The notes: generated by a model from the sequence alone, not told the origin. Positions 12,101-24,000 are shown, counted from the stretch's first letter. The stretch: 60,688 nt of DNA from Histomonas meleagridis 2922-C6/04-290x (GCA_020184695.1 JAANOX010000229.1:1-60688), one strand, 5' to 3'. Translations and numbers: made by a program.

Positions 12101-15100
12101 ATATTATTATTATTAAAATAATTTATAATGAATTTAAATGAAATTCGATAAAAATTTTCTAAATTTTTACTTCCGTTTTTTTCAAAAATTATTAAACTTT
12201 TCATTATTGACTCAATAATTCGTGGAGAACCTAAATAGAAATAATATTTAAAGATTCTTTTCTGTGAAAATATAAACTCAGTGTTATCATTAGAATAAAG
12301 TGGTATTAAATATAAAAGAATTTCTTTATAATGTTTCGATTCATTTTCATAATTAAAAAATTCGGAAATTTGATCAATTTTTTTCAAATCCTTTTTCAAT
12401 ATTTTATTTATCGGCTTTAATAATTTTTCTTTTTCATTAATATATTGATATAAATATATTATATTATTAAAACAATATTCGATCATTTCAGTCGACATAT
12501 TTAATATTATATCGACATTAATTTTAATATTATTTTTAATTTTTATTAAATTCGGATTAAACAAAAAGATAAAATAATTATTTGTAATATCTTTTTCATA
12601 TGAAATCATTTTTTTTGTATATTCATTAGTTATACTATTAATTTTGGAAATAAACAAAGAACAAATTATATTCTTTTCTAAATCATCTCCGAAATTAAAA
12701 TCGGAAAAAGAATTATTAATAAATTTTATGATTTTATCATTATCAATTGTTATAATATTTTGGATATCATTAGTTTTAATATAATTAATTATTCCTTTTA
12801 TGGAATAATTTTTATATTTACTTAAAATATCTTTTAAAATTTCGACATTGGAATTATATTCAAATATTATCATATTTCTAATTCGAGTGAAATAATGAAA
12901 ATATTCTTCATTAGAACATATATCATAAGATTTATCCAAAATTTTTATGATTAAAGAATCGATTTCATTATATTTACCATTTAATATATGATGAAAACTT
13001 AAATATAATTTTTTAGTTGTTTTAAATTTCACTTTATATATATAAGGATTCGATAATATTAATCTTAAAATCAAAATTAATGTTTTGTTAATTAAATTAT
13101 TCAAATAATTCATAGATTGTGGGATATTTTGTATAAATGCAATGTTTAATATACTTATTAATTCCGTTGAATATTTATAACAATAATTTAATGATTTCAT
13201 GATTAACTTTATTAAATATTCCCAAATTTCAATTTGTGATTTTATTAATTGAAAAAAAATCAAAAAATTTTGTTCATTAATTGAAATTTTAATTGATTCT
13301 TCAATTTTATTAAAAATATTTTTTATTGGTTGAATTAAGTTTTCGATTTTCCCCTTTAAAAACATATCATTTAAATAATTCTCACAAAATGATTGTAATA
13401 TATACGTCGAAGGTTTAGAATAAAAATTCCATTGTGAACATATATACGATATTAAATTAATTATAGCTTTATCAGATAATTTACAATCTTTAAAATCAAA
13501 TATTTTAGGGAAGCATAAAAGAAATATCCATTTTTCTTGATTATTTTCTTCTAAAAACTCCGATAAAATATTCGGTTCCAAATATTTAAATTCTTCTCGA
13601 TAATTTACACAATATATAAAACAAATAAAATGTTTCATTTCTGAATCAATGAAATATTCATTATAATATATCGAAAATATTTGGATACATTTTTTAATAC
13701 ATTCTTCTGAATATTTTTGTGTTATTAATAAATGTCCAATAATTATAATTCCAGTTTTATGTACTTCATTAAAAAAATAATTTAATATTAATTCTAAGTT
13801 ATTATGAATATCATTTTCTTCATAAAAAATTGCGCCATTAAATAATGCTATTTCAACAGTATTAAAAAAGAAATTATTCGAATCATTTGGATATGGAATT
13901 CCAATTAATGACTTTGGATATGAAAAATTTGAATTATATATATCAATAGAATTATTCGAAATTGATATAAATTGACTTTTCTCATATAAATAACACCAAT
14001 TATTTACGTTCAGATTATTCGATACAATATGTTCTTGGATAAATTTCCCAGTATGAATCGAAAATGTCTTAAAAATAGTTTCTTTCCCTTTACCTGGTAA
14101 AATAAATGAGATAATTCGACCATTCGTAGTAAATGGAATTTTATTTTCATTTTGTTGTGTAAGTAAAGTAGATGATAATTTAATATATTTCTCTAAATTA
14201 AATGTTTCCCCATCAAATGAAAAAACTGAGATATAATTCTTATTAGATTTGATTTTGATACTATAAAATAAAAAACCGTCGGTGATTAACGGTGGTGAAA
14301 AATCCTTCGGAAGATTTGTGTGGATTTTGACGGCAGATGTAAAAGTGTTGATTTGAATAGCATTTGTAGATGTAACAATCCATAAATACCCTTTAATCCA
14401 AACTAGAGAATAAGGTCCATTAGGCGTAAGAGAAAAAAAAGTTTTATGTGAAACTAAAATGTCTGATATTGGTTTGACAACATGAATCTCCCCATTTTCT
14501 TTCCCAAAATAAAATTCAGAGGGACTGGCAGTAAAAGAAGTGGATGACGAAAGAGGATATGAAGAAACTGGATATGAATTGTGTTTGGACTTCGGATTAA
14601 AATAAATTTTGGAATAATTTTGAGGATTATCAATGAATTGTGAAAGTTGTGGAAAATTTCGTTTGCCTTTCTTTGGTTTGGTGTTCTTTGATGAATCAAT
14701 CAGTGCCATTTTTAATAATTCTAATGAATTTGAAAAAAGTGAGATTTGTAATAACTCAAAATTCTTCATCTTACAATCAGAAAAGTATGAAACTGGATAC
14801 CTTAATAGAGCTTCTGGACATAGGTATGGGTGTGATACAAGATAAGTAAATAAGTTTTTCTTCTTTGAAAAAGAAGATAATTTTTTGATTTCTTCTTCAT
14901 TTAAAATATATTTCTTTTTCTTTGGCTTTTGATTATCATTAAAATTCGAAGAAAGTTGAGGATATTCGAGAATTGTTTTTGTTGAAAAAAAGGTATAAAA
15001 GGATTGTATACAAGTTTCTATTTCAACATTGGATGCAATTGGTGGTATTGATTTGATATCTGGTGTTTCATAATTTATATCTTCATTTGAAGAATTTTCC

Positions 15101-15102
15101 AT
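9169..15102 (-). CDS. Large hypothetical protein (1977 aa), possible degenerate HECT-like C-terminus
   Basis: Uninterrupted 5.9-kb ORF in very AT-rich DNA, so coding status is secure. The domain call is weak inference from the last ~90 aa. Confidence 0.8.
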   Translation of the reverse strand: MENSSNEDINYETPDIKSIPPIASNVEIETCIQSFYTFFSTKTILEYPQLSSNFNDNQKPKKKKYILNEEEIKKLSSFSKKKNLFTYLVSHPYLCPEALLRYPVSYFSDCKMKNFELLQISLFSNSLELLKMALIDSSKNTKPKKGKRNFPQLSQFIDNPQNYSKIYFNPKSKHNSYPVSSYPLSSSTSFTASPSEFYFGKENGEIHVVKPISDILVSHKTFFSLTPNGPYSLVWIKGYLWIVTSTNAIQINTFTSAVKIHTNLPKDFSPPLITDGFLFYSIKIKSNKNYISVFSFDGETFNLEKYIKLSSTLLTQQNENKIPFTTNGRIISFILPGKGKETIFKTFSIHTGKFIQEHIVSNNLNVNNWCYLYEKSQFISISNNSIDIYNSNFSYPKSLIGIPYPNDSNNFFFNTVEIALFNGAIFYEENDIHNNLELILNYFFNEVHKTGIIIIGHLLITQKYSEECIKKCIQIFSIYYNEYFIDSEMKHFICFIYCVNYREEFKYLEPNILSEFLEENNQEKWIFLLCFPKIFDFKDCKLSDKAIINLISYICSQWNFYSKPSTYILQSFCENYLNDMFLKGKIENLIQPIKNIFNKIEESIKISINEQNFLIFFQLIKSQIEIWEYLIKLIMKSLNYCYKYSTELISILNIAFIQNIPQSMNYLNNLINKTLILILRLILSNPYIYKVKFKTTKKLYLSFHHILNGKYNEIDSLIIKILDKSYDICSNEEYFHYFTRIRNMIIFEYNSNVEILKDILSKYKNYSIKGIINYIKTNDIQNIITIDNDKIIKFINNSFSDFNFGDDLEKNIICSLFISKINSITNEYTKKMISYEKDITNNYFIFLFNPNLIKIKNNIKINVDIILNMSTEMIEYCFNNIIYLYQYINEKEKLLKPINKILKKDLKKIDQISEFFNYENESKHYKEILLYLIPLYSNDNTEFIFSQKRIFKYYFYLGSPRIIESIMKSLIIFEKNGSKNLENFYRISFKFIINYFNNNNINIFKFQKEPTNSLISIFIMINYFKKLFNMKNSIFREFLLNYIKKSNESNSIIIFAIMNNSLEVIRKGVKIHFITSNYTEISGIIEEFDIINYIIKINNNNYSILNIKKIWCECETLIQLNSFKKFSIFINLFERINYKLHYLNVFKYSSLLLFLNHKKFIQLLSDEFKSKLMNYKFLYNFSPEDFFYDFFQHLSLRNVQQPIFTLESNLRFKNNNVKFNNNNIKEGLIMSLDEETIFVSSPIYSQLPTEIILKLYPSKTNPSMKLTFFGIHKFDSLLFKSKSLKVKNNENDLTNIKIIINPKKSMILTYVDQKLTTKILISPSINMLFFNIKLFPSNIIEYQINFDKIQNFNLKYPKNSKCFNVKNMKIKLMKIKQNIKSFNYFPNIDSSLYNQCIFLKSSNKLIQCFKQLICIKLLSNVKNKIILKPSIYYKVFSILFPFPNDSIDINNLQCKHLWNNSEKIFFDLFQLILQNVTIDKLKLYNDQLKKYFSLYENNIIRKYNESSIFLPNNQIVKLNNCYIFNRNYNFEIIGFSSDFYKINLNSIVIPLNDFHNSCIDLLIYTYSLIILYLKLNFDYFHNIVSIIKNSEIKFLSLFSNVFELIYIISPKNPLKFNVISFLFPNSIVYKYPKNFLLPKYIEYVCSPIVSKGKLPLNFEFGEVKNIYLKIKTKKELKFKIVDSENIDYFIMSNSYVYIKSGKFKVKNADANNENLVVKYIICKNVDYSLILNELINWKPHHTHQLICSTSFKNKIISETKYSCLPLSTYFSYESVLFVQKIIQKSSKTDSKLYGVNRHFITENPLFLNNANLNVYMKFDNCKDFSNFINQSQNRINFLIENQLNLYTQIDPDLIRIIPEVSNCQILIKELKEYLYINILPNKKNTKSEEWLKRYIKIMPNFVVLMFVEFVIGYWGTNALNSQSFPKINLVCSEEENVIETIQDEHLLVIGKFEDEEIFLKEMKKRLQEYADSQFCSV

Positions 15103-15465
15103 TAATTCATTAATTCAGACCCCCAGAATTTGAACGGTTTTTGTATATTGGCGACCGTTATGCTACTTCATAAAAAATTTATAGCAACAAATTTTATATA
15201 TTTTCATCAAGAGGTTGCAATTGTGCCAACAAAGCGATGTTAATTGGATAAGGAAGAAATGTAGTCTTACTAATATTTTTTTAAAAGATTATGAATTAGT
15301 AGTAAATTTTCATAATATTTGTCAATTTTGCAATAATTCTTGTATATAATATATTTGTATGTTTACAAATAAGAATCAATTCATTGATGAGAATGATATT
15401 CAGACTTTGATTCATGAAAATCAATTTTTTATTTTGTATGATAGAATATCAGAATAATATCGAAT

Positions 15466-15537
15466 GCGTTGCTAGTGTAGTGGTTATCGTGCTAGCCTTC
15501 CAAGCTTGTGATCCGGGTTCGATTCCCGGGCAACGCA
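15466..15537 (+). tRNA. tRNA-Gly(TCC)
   Basis: 72-nt cloverleaf identical to 4242-4313 except one D-stem base (ATCGTG vs ATCATG), followed by TTTTTT. Confidence 0.95.
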
Positions 15538-15865
15538 TTTTTTAGCATTTTCCGTTATTTTATATATATTAATATCTTTCTATCAATTGATCAAATATAC
15601 GAATAAATCTAATTTGTATTGAAATGTATTTTCATAAAATTATCAAATTTACTTATTTTTAACACACAATATTTTCGAATCGAATTATAATTTTTTTATT
15701 ATTCATATTATCTTCCTCAATGAATATTAATTCTTCTTTTTGTCTGCTCCACAAACAACACGTAATGCATTCTTGTCCTTTTGATCATTCAAAATAAAAA
15801 TTTAATATATCTAAATGTAGTATTTGCTTCATTTCTAATATTTGCACTAAGTAAATATGTATTAC

Positions 15866-16667
15866 CAAAACATTTTTTCCTTTTTCTTTCGAGATATTTC
15901 ATCTAAGTAAAGATATAACTTAAACATATGACACATCAAAACATTTTTTCCTTTTTCTTTCGAGATATTTCATCTAAGTAAAGATATAACTTAAACATGT
16001 GACACATCAAAACATTTTTTCCTTTTTCTTTCGAGATATTTACTCTAAGTAAAGATATAACTCAAACATATGACACATCAAAACATTTTTTCCTTTTTCT
16101 TTCGAGATATTTACTCTAAGTAAAGATATAACTTAAACATATGACACATCAAAACATTTTTTCCTTTTTCTTTCGAGATATTTCATCTAAGTAAAGATAT
16201 AACTTAAACATATGACACATCAAAACATTTTTTCCTTTTTCTTTCGAGATATTTACTCTAAGTAAAGATATAACTCAAACATATGACACATCAAAACATT
16301 TTTTCCTTTTTCTTTCGAGATATTTCATCTAAGTAAAGATATAACTTAAACATATGACACATCAAAACATTTTTTCCTTTTTCTTTCGAGATATTTACTC
16401 TAAGTAAAGATATAACTCAAACATATGACACATCAAAACATTTTTTCCTTTTTCTTTCGAGATATTTCATCTAAGTAAAGATATAACTTAAACATATGAC
16501 ACATCAAAACATTTTTTCCTTTTTCTTTCGAGATATTTACTCTAAGTAAAGATATAACTTAAACATATGACACATCAAAACATTTTTTCCTTTTTCTTTC
16601 GAGATATTTACTCTAAGTAAAGATATAACTCAAACATATGACACATCAAAGCATTTTTTCCTTTTTC
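15866..16667. repeat. 71-bp minisatellite, 11 full copies plus a partial copy
   Basis: Unit caaaacattttttcctttttctttcgagatattt[ca/ac]tctaagtaaagatataact[t/c]aaacatatgacacat starts at 15866, 15937, 16008 and so on to 16576, with a partial copy at 16647. Confidence 0.97.
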
Positions 16668-16705
16668 ATTCACTCACAAAACAGAAAACAAAAATTTCTT
16701 TTTGT

Positions 16706-17686
16706 TTATTTTATGAATACGAATCGATTCACTTCATCGGAATTCGAGTTGATATTGAATTTGAACTCCGGGTCGGCTATGATTCGCACTGTTAAGTCGT
16801 TTACGTCCTCCATTTTCTTCGGGTCGATGATTCCTTCGATATCTTTCCTCAGCACTTCGATAAATCCGTGTTTCTTGAACAGTCCGCTGTTGTTGAAGAT
16901 TGCCGAGTTCGTTCTTCCTCCGACTGTGTTCACTGCCAAACCGAATGTTGTCGCGTTGACCTTAAAATAACAATCCGATACCCAAATTGCGCCTAATAAT
17001 GGATAAAAATCGGGACAATACGTGCAAATCTTTAAAATTGCATAAAGTTTTCGTACAAATAAATTCGATCTCCGGCATTTTTGGCGAAGAAAACTGTTAT
17101 AAAAGCGGGCAAATGTAATTTCTGTGGCATTCCCAAAATAATCTGTAATCCCAAGAGGTTTGAGATGAATAATACTGTCAAATATTCGATATTCATATAT
17201 CATAACAACTATTCGAACAAAATCATTAGATAATCCTTGTATCTGATCTTCAAATGGAAGTCGATTATCTCGAAGATTTAGACGCTGTAAAGGGTATAAA
17301 TTCATTCGACCTTTAGCATGGTTAAAAAATGTTCTATCTTTTTTTTTAATATATTTAAGTTTTGGAGCTTTTGGCAATGAAATAGAACTTGATGTAGATG
17401 TTGGTGAACTAGAAATGTCATTAGAATTATTATCAATATTTGAATTTAAAGTTAAAACATCTTCTTCTTCTTCATTTTTTTCTGTTGAAGGAGCTACGTA
17501 AAGTAGACCTTCGGTTTCTGTAACATTTGGATTAATATCATATGTTGAATTTTGAAATTGAGGTTGAATACTTTCTGAGCTTGGATTAGAATGTGAGCTG
17601 GAGCTTCTGTTTGTACGTGACCTATTTATTGAACTTCTCCTTCTCTTTATTGTAATTTCTTCATTGTTTGTATTTGGTTTTTCCAT
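16706..17686 (-). CDS. Initiator-binding-domain (IBP39-like winged helix) protein
   Basis: FVRKLYAILKICTYCPDFYPLLGAIWVSDCYFKV resembles IBP39 FPRKLHMLL...IGLSWISDTEFKM. The N-terminus is S-rich and disordered. First ATG is 17686; the ORF track starts at a TTG at 17704. Confidence 0.7.
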   Translation of the reverse strand: MEKPNTNNEEITIKRRRSSINRSRTNRSSSSHSNPSSESIQPQFQNSTYDINPNVTETEGLLYVAPSTEKNEEEEDVLTLNSNIDNNSNDISSSPTSTSSSISLPKAPKLKYIKKKDRTFFNHAKGRMNLYPLQRLNLRDNRLPFEDQIQGLSNDFVRIVVMIYEYRIFDSIIHLKPLGITDYFGNATEITFARFYNSFLRQKCRRSNLFVRKLYAILKICTYCPDFYPLLGAIWVSDCYFKVNATTFGLAVNTVGGRTNSAIFNNSGLFKKHGFIEVLRKDIEGIIDPKKMEDVNDLTVRIIADPEFKFNINSNSDEVNRFVFIK

Positions 17687-19244
17687 TCCGTTTTGTTGCT
17701 TCAATTTAATGGATTTACAAACATGGCTGTGAAGACCCCAAACCGCAGAACTTCGATCAAAATCAATTCAAAAATTAACACCTGGCCATGTAAGTATTCA
17801 ATCTTTGTCTCAAAAATATGTAACATCAAAACTAAGTAAAATTTTATTCCTTTCAATATTTGATAGAAAGCATAGTAAACTATACAATAAATTGATATAA
17901 ACCTTGATTGTTTTGAAAAAATTAGTTTAAGTGAGATGATCAAAAAACCAATCAAACCATCAAACTTTGATGGAGAAAATCTAACGAAAGTTTCCGAAAA
18001 TCTTACGTTTGCCCTAGCATTACAGCAACGTAATTTTGCTCCAACAACCAACCAGATCATCTTATAACATCAATTATATTTCACAATATATTAAATTTCA
18101 AATAAATATTTCTAATATTTGAATTCAATAATATCAGATGTTAGTTTAATCGTTATATAATGCAAAACTATCATTTATTCTAACACCTATTATCGATAAT
18201 ATTGCATAATATTTACTTCTATAATATTATATATATTAATATACAAAGATGTTAGTGAAAATCAATGCTTTAATTCTATCAGCATCAAAGTAATTTTCCA
18301 TACATTAATATTATATATTGATAAATTGATTTACAATTTTTTTATATATCGATTATCCTACTCAAAACCAATCAATGCACATGTCAATTACATCAAGTTT
18401 AACCCAATTATTGATTCTTTTCTCTGTTTTTTACATGAGAATGACAAGTTTTATCCAATGTCCAACCCCGTCTCAATTGTAATTTGAATAAAATTGAATT
18501 TATCGTTTTGATGACGACAACATTTTCAAAAAGTTTTTGTTCTTGAATGAACATGAAGATTTTAATTCTAAACATTTGTATATATCTACCTTCGAACACG
18601 ACACAGAAAAATTCTTATAGTTTCTATGTTCACCGATGAAACTCTCGTAATTTCTATGGTTTATATCAACTTTTTTTCACTTCTTTTAACCGATATTTAT
18701 TCTTTTTGAGTGGGGTGCCCGGCTTTTTTGAAACAGATTATCCTGAAAAAGCAAAGGGTCCGACTGAATACAAATTGAAAAAGTAATCAAGTAAAGTTAT
18801 TAAATAAGACAAACGTTTTTTTCATATATTCTTTTTGTTTTATTCCCTTCCACCAAAAAAATTGCCAATGGCATTTTAAATGGCAATTTTTGGAAATAAA
18901 CCTAACAATGATTGTAAACTATTCAAACCAAAGTTTTTCATTTTTACCTGAAAAAATTATACCAATTTATTATATGATTAAATAAAATTGTGTATTATTT
19001 TTCCTTTGATTCTTGCATAAATTATTTGATTGCATTTTTTTGATATAGACCTTCAATATCCGAATAAAATGCTTTCTCCAGATCAAACGATTATTTCATA
19101 TACGAAAAGTAAATAACCGCCATATATTTGAACATTAAATCACAGTTAAATAACTGTCATAAAAGTTTCAGAAAATACTTATGAATTAAACACATTAGTT
19201 TTTGAATATAAATCCGATGATTTTTCATTCATTCAATTCTATCG

Positions 19245-19712
19245 TTGGGAAACCTTTATGCCACCACTCTGTGTGCAACAAAATGTGGAACTCCTGGATA
19301 TTCATCACCAGAAGTATACTCCTGCAAGCCATATGGTTCCAAAGCCGATGCATGGTCATTGGGTTGTGTTCTTTATGAACTTTGTCGTCTCAAGCCTCCA
19401 TTTTCTGGTGATAAAACTTTTGAAGTCATCAATGCGTCAGTGTCAAAAGGCGATTTTGAACCAATTCCATCCGCATATGGTCAAGACATACAAAATCTTG
19501 TGAAGTTAAAGTTATCTATTAATCCTTCAAATCGCCCAAATATCAATGATATCCTTAATTACCCAATCATTAAGTCAAATCTTGAATTGTATGTTGATAA
19601 AAGATATCTTAATTTTGAAATGAACCATAATGTTATACAAGGAAGGAATCCATGGATACGCGCCAACAATTATTCCCAAAGATATCGAAATGAATGTTAC
19701 TATTATCGGTGA
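19245..19712 (+). pseudogene. 5'-truncated NEK-like protein kinase fragment (subdomains VIII-XI only)
   Basis: CGTPGYSSPEV, KPYGSKADAWSLGCVLYELC and NRPNINDIL are present. There is no ATG, an in-frame TGA lies at 19218, and no N-lobe, HRD or DFG is found upstream. Confidence 0.75.
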
Positions 19713-20616
19713 TTACGCTGTAGGAAGAAGGAAGAAGAAAAGCGATGGAACTGGCGATGCAATAAATGTTCGAAGAAATGATAAAAAAGTATTTGAAAAA
19801 TTATCAGAAAGAAAAATGTCAAACAATGATAACGAAAAGCAAAAGGATTCAAAATGTATAATAAGTGAATTAATAAAAACATTTAAACGATTCTTCTGCA
19901 AAATCACATTCAATTCCAAATTATATTTTTGTAAAATAAGAAAATGAAAATGTAATAGAGCTGATAATGTTCTTAATGCTTTTAAGAATTACTTTTTATA
20001 ATATAAAAATCGTTAATCATTTAATGCTATCCTCATAAGATTAATAAATGATATGACTTTGTCAGTCAGTGATAATATTTTCACTTCAATTGTATTACAT
20101 CACAAAATATCTTGTAATTGAGTTTTGAATTTCTTCTGAACTTGCTTTTTCTAAATTCAGCATAAGAAATCAAGTAATAATATAAATGTCAATGACTTAA
20201 TATTCATTTATTTTATTAGTAAATTTTTAGTCGAAAATTGACAATTTCTAGCTTCCGAATGGTTGTTTTTCGTTCGGTAATTTTTTTCATTTAACATGCT
20301 TTATCAAAACTTATTAACAATATCGTATGTTTGATAATAAACTTTTTCTTATCTTGATTATTGCCTGTGTAAAATTTTATGCATTTATATTTATTTTCTA
20401 ATAATTTAAATTTGAAAATTTGAAATTATGAGGAAGAAAAAACTAACATTGGAAATATCAATACATTTGGAAGAAAAAAACAAACCAAATGAAATGTGTT
20501 TCAATAAATAATAAATAAAGATTCAATTAGAATTATTTTGCGAAATTTAAAGAATGGTTCAAAAACAATCTTTTATTCTCTTCGAATTTAATGAAAACAA
20601 AAAATTCTTAAAAAAA

Positions 20617-20698
20617 TGGTACCTGTGGGGTTCGAACCCACGCACCTCTCGGTATTGGGGCTTAAATCCAACGCCTTAGACCACTCGGCCAAAGTACC
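20617..20698 (-). tRNA. tRNA-Leu(TAA)
   Basis: GGTACTT-TG-GCCGAGTGGTCTAAGGC-G-TTGGA-TTTAAGC-CCCAA, long variable arm, GTGGGTTCGAACCCCAC, AGGTACC-A. 82 nt, followed by a T-run. Confidence 0.9.
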
Positions 20699-21099
20699 AT
20701 CTTGTTAATATTTAAAAAATAATAGGTTTGTTGAAAAAAATACTTCAATGCTAAACAGATAAATGTACTAGTGAAAAAAAATATCAAAAATCACAATTTG
20801 CGCAAAAGCAATCTATCCTATTAAATGTTAGAATGAATCACCATAACTTTAACAATATGGCATTCATGAACGTTCATCATATTGAAAAACTACAAAATTT
20901 TTACAATGAACTTTCGCGAAAGATGGGCTCAAAAAAGCATAATCATAATTTGGTTGAATCAATAGTGGGTAAACAAATTTTTCGATCAGTCGCGACTTTT
21001 GATGATTTTTTGTTTCGAAAATTGAAAAACTGGCGATTTTTTGTAAACTTTGAAATTAATTACGGTTATGATTGAATTCTTTATCGTTCAATAAAACAA

Positions 21100-24000
21100 A
21101 TGCTTGAAACAGTGGTATCAAAATTTATTGCAAAATACCTTAAACAATATATTGAGACGCTTAGCAGATCTCAAATGGAAATGGAAATCTGGAAAGGCAA
21201 AGCCGTATTTGAAAATTTATCATTAAAATCTACAGCCCTTTCTTCCCATGGATTACCATTTAAAGTCAAAATGGGAACAATCAAAAGTATTTACCTTAAT
21301 TTTCCGTGGAAAAAATTAAATTCTCAAGCATGCATTGTTGAAGTTAGTGATGTTTTTATTCTTTTAAATCTTGATCTTGATATTTTAATTAAGGGTGATT
21401 TACAAGCAAAACAAAGCGCCATTCATACATATGGCAGTCTTACAAAGGAAGAAGAAAAAGGTACATGGCAATCTTTCATAAATACTGTAATTGACAATGC
21501 TAGAATCAACATCAAAAATATCCACATCAAACTTGAGATTCCTCATGACTGTGGTTATTATACATTTGGTATCATTATTCCCGAGTTAACACTTTTTACT
21601 GTTGATGATAATAATATTCCACTTCTTAAAGTTGTTAAAAAAGCCAACAAACTCCGGAAGCGCCTTAACCTAAATGGCTTATCTGTATATTTAGATACCA
21701 TGTGTATTGAAGAAACAAGTCTCACAAATTTTTCTGAAAACATGAAAAATGAGATTGATTCAAATGAGCATCAATTTTTGCTTAATCCATTTTTCATTGA
21801 ATGTATATTATTACATACTCGTAATGTTCCTGATATGTTAAAGAATATCATTGAAATCACATCTCCAACATTAAAATTTTCATTTGACTTGCTTCAATGT
21901 AAAGCTATCAATGAATTGATAGGAAGATGGAACTTTTTCAATAATCGAAGAAAATTTTCGAGTTGTTTGCGACCTAAAGAATTTGAAGAGACACAATATT
22001 GGTTATACTTTACACGTTGTGCACTTCGAAAGCTTAAACCGAACAAATTTAATCCAAGTATTGCATTAAAAATATTAAAGAATCGAAAAAGTTATTTAAA
22101 GTTATATCGAAAGAAAATCGAAAATAAAATTCCACATCCGATCTTAAAGAACAAGATTAAATCGATTGAAAAGAAAGTTGGGGAAACAGCTTCATTATTC
22201 TTACGAGAATATGCTGAAGCTGTTATCCAGAAAGAAATCTCAGCAAAAGATTCGGGTTTAACAGCATTAGATTTAAGTGAATTAAAGAAATTAATTAAAA
22301 CAACAGACAAATTTTTTGATTCAACATCTTTTTCGATAATATTAAATGTACCATTATTCCAAATTGATTTAGTTTATTCAACACTTGCACCATTATGTAA
22401 ATTTACGATTCTTCAAATCGAATCGAAGTTAAAAAGTATCAAAGATGGCGCAACATTTCAAATGAATGTTCAAGATATGTTAATTGATTCATATATTAAT
22501 AATTCATTTCGATCGATAATTACAACTGAAAATAAGAATGAAAATGAATCGTTTTTATCAATTGATACTAAAATTCCTGCAACTAATGAACCTTTATCAA
22601 TGGAAATATTAATTAATAATATTAAAACTATTTTCGATATTGATACTATTCATAGTATTTTAGATTTTTTTAATCTTGGAAAAAAGAATAATAAAAATAA
22701 CAAGAAAAATAATAACAATGATATTACAATGATTAATAGAATTGATATAGCACAACAATTAAAACGTTTGTTATATTTTAAAAATCATCTTTTGAACTTA
22801 AAAATGAATGGAATTTCTTTTGTTTATCCTTTTGTTTATAATGAGAATTCATCTGAAATTAAATTTTCGATTAGTGATATATCTATTAGTAAAGCTGCTG
22901 TTGGCTTATTAACTTATGATGCGCCTGAAATTAAAATGGATTTTAATATACAATTTTATATTGATGATTTTTTATTGGATAAAATCTCTTTGTTAAAAAG
23001 ATTTAAATTTGATTTTATTTTTTCATTCACATTCTTTAATCATATCGATAAAGTAATTTTAAATTCATTTTTTGGAATTTCAAACATTTCTATTGATTTC
23101 GGATCTGAAATATTAAAAATTTTACGTTCTGCTTTAATATATTCCAAATTTGCTGAATTAAATTATCAAGAAAATTCTATTTTAGGTATAAAACATGATA
23201 AACCAAAAACGAAAACAATAATTTCATTTAATAACTTACAAACTAATATAGATATGGAATTAAATGAAATGAGAATTTATTTGAATGATGTGAATTCTTG
23301 TTTTAATGTGAAAGATATTAAAGCGAAATATAAAATTTTCGATGGTAAAACTTCTTCTTTATTTTCGATTGGTTTACTTTCATTAATCGAAGATAATATT
23401 CCTTTAATTTCTTTACCATCGAATTCTACAAATTTAATAATTTCACAAGAAAATGATGTTTCACCATTTGTTATTTCACTTAATTTAAATGATTTTAATA
23501 TGTTAATTGATTTAGATAAATATAAAAATATTTATACAAAATTAATGAATATAATGAATTCATTTAAATCAGAAGTAATTAAAATACTTAAATTAAATAA
23601 AGAAAATGAAAATGTTAAAAACGATTTAATTAAATTTAATGATAAAACAGAAAGTATAAAGAATAAAGAATTTGTTATACAAAATAAAGAAAAAATTGTT
23701 GTAGAAAAAGATAAAAAATTTGTTTTCATTTTAACTTTTGGTAATTTAAAGTTTGAAATTTCTGATATCGAAGGAAATTTCTATTTAAATATTGAAAAAA
23801 TTATATTTAATGAACAAATTGAATTTAATAATTTGACATTAAATAGAAATAATCATAGTATAATTAAAAATAGTACATTTAAACTTGATTTAAATAACTT
23901 TCATTTTCCTTTAATCGAGATCGAATATGAACCAACTGATCTCGATGCATTTCTTCGAATATTTAATGATATTTCTTCATTTTCATCTAATGATAATAAA

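Noticed and set aside
15466-15537. A/G difference between the two tRNA-Gly copies as a functional variant
   Set aside because: The change converts a U-A pair to U-G in the D-stem and keeps pairing. This is ordinary isodecoder variation.
16638-16970. 110-aa plus-strand ORF
   Set aside because: It starts inside the 71-bp repeat and is antisense to the IBD gene.
17701-18060. 119-aa minus-strand ORF
   Set aside because: No recognisable motif or protein-like composition. It is probably a chance frame over the IBD promoter or a remnant.
18420-18790. Possible decayed coding fragment (IYRFDDDNIFKKFLFL…, GVPGFFETDYPEK…)
   Set aside because: The pieces are short and in different frames, so they cannot be assigned without a search.
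18848-18899. Imperfect inverted repeat aaaaattgcca…tggcaattttt
   Set aside because: It is an isolated 11-bp AT-rich stem with no target-site duplication or second copy seen.
20833-21075. 80-aa ORF just upstream of VPS13
   Set aside because: It overlaps the expected promoter region and shows no domain signal.
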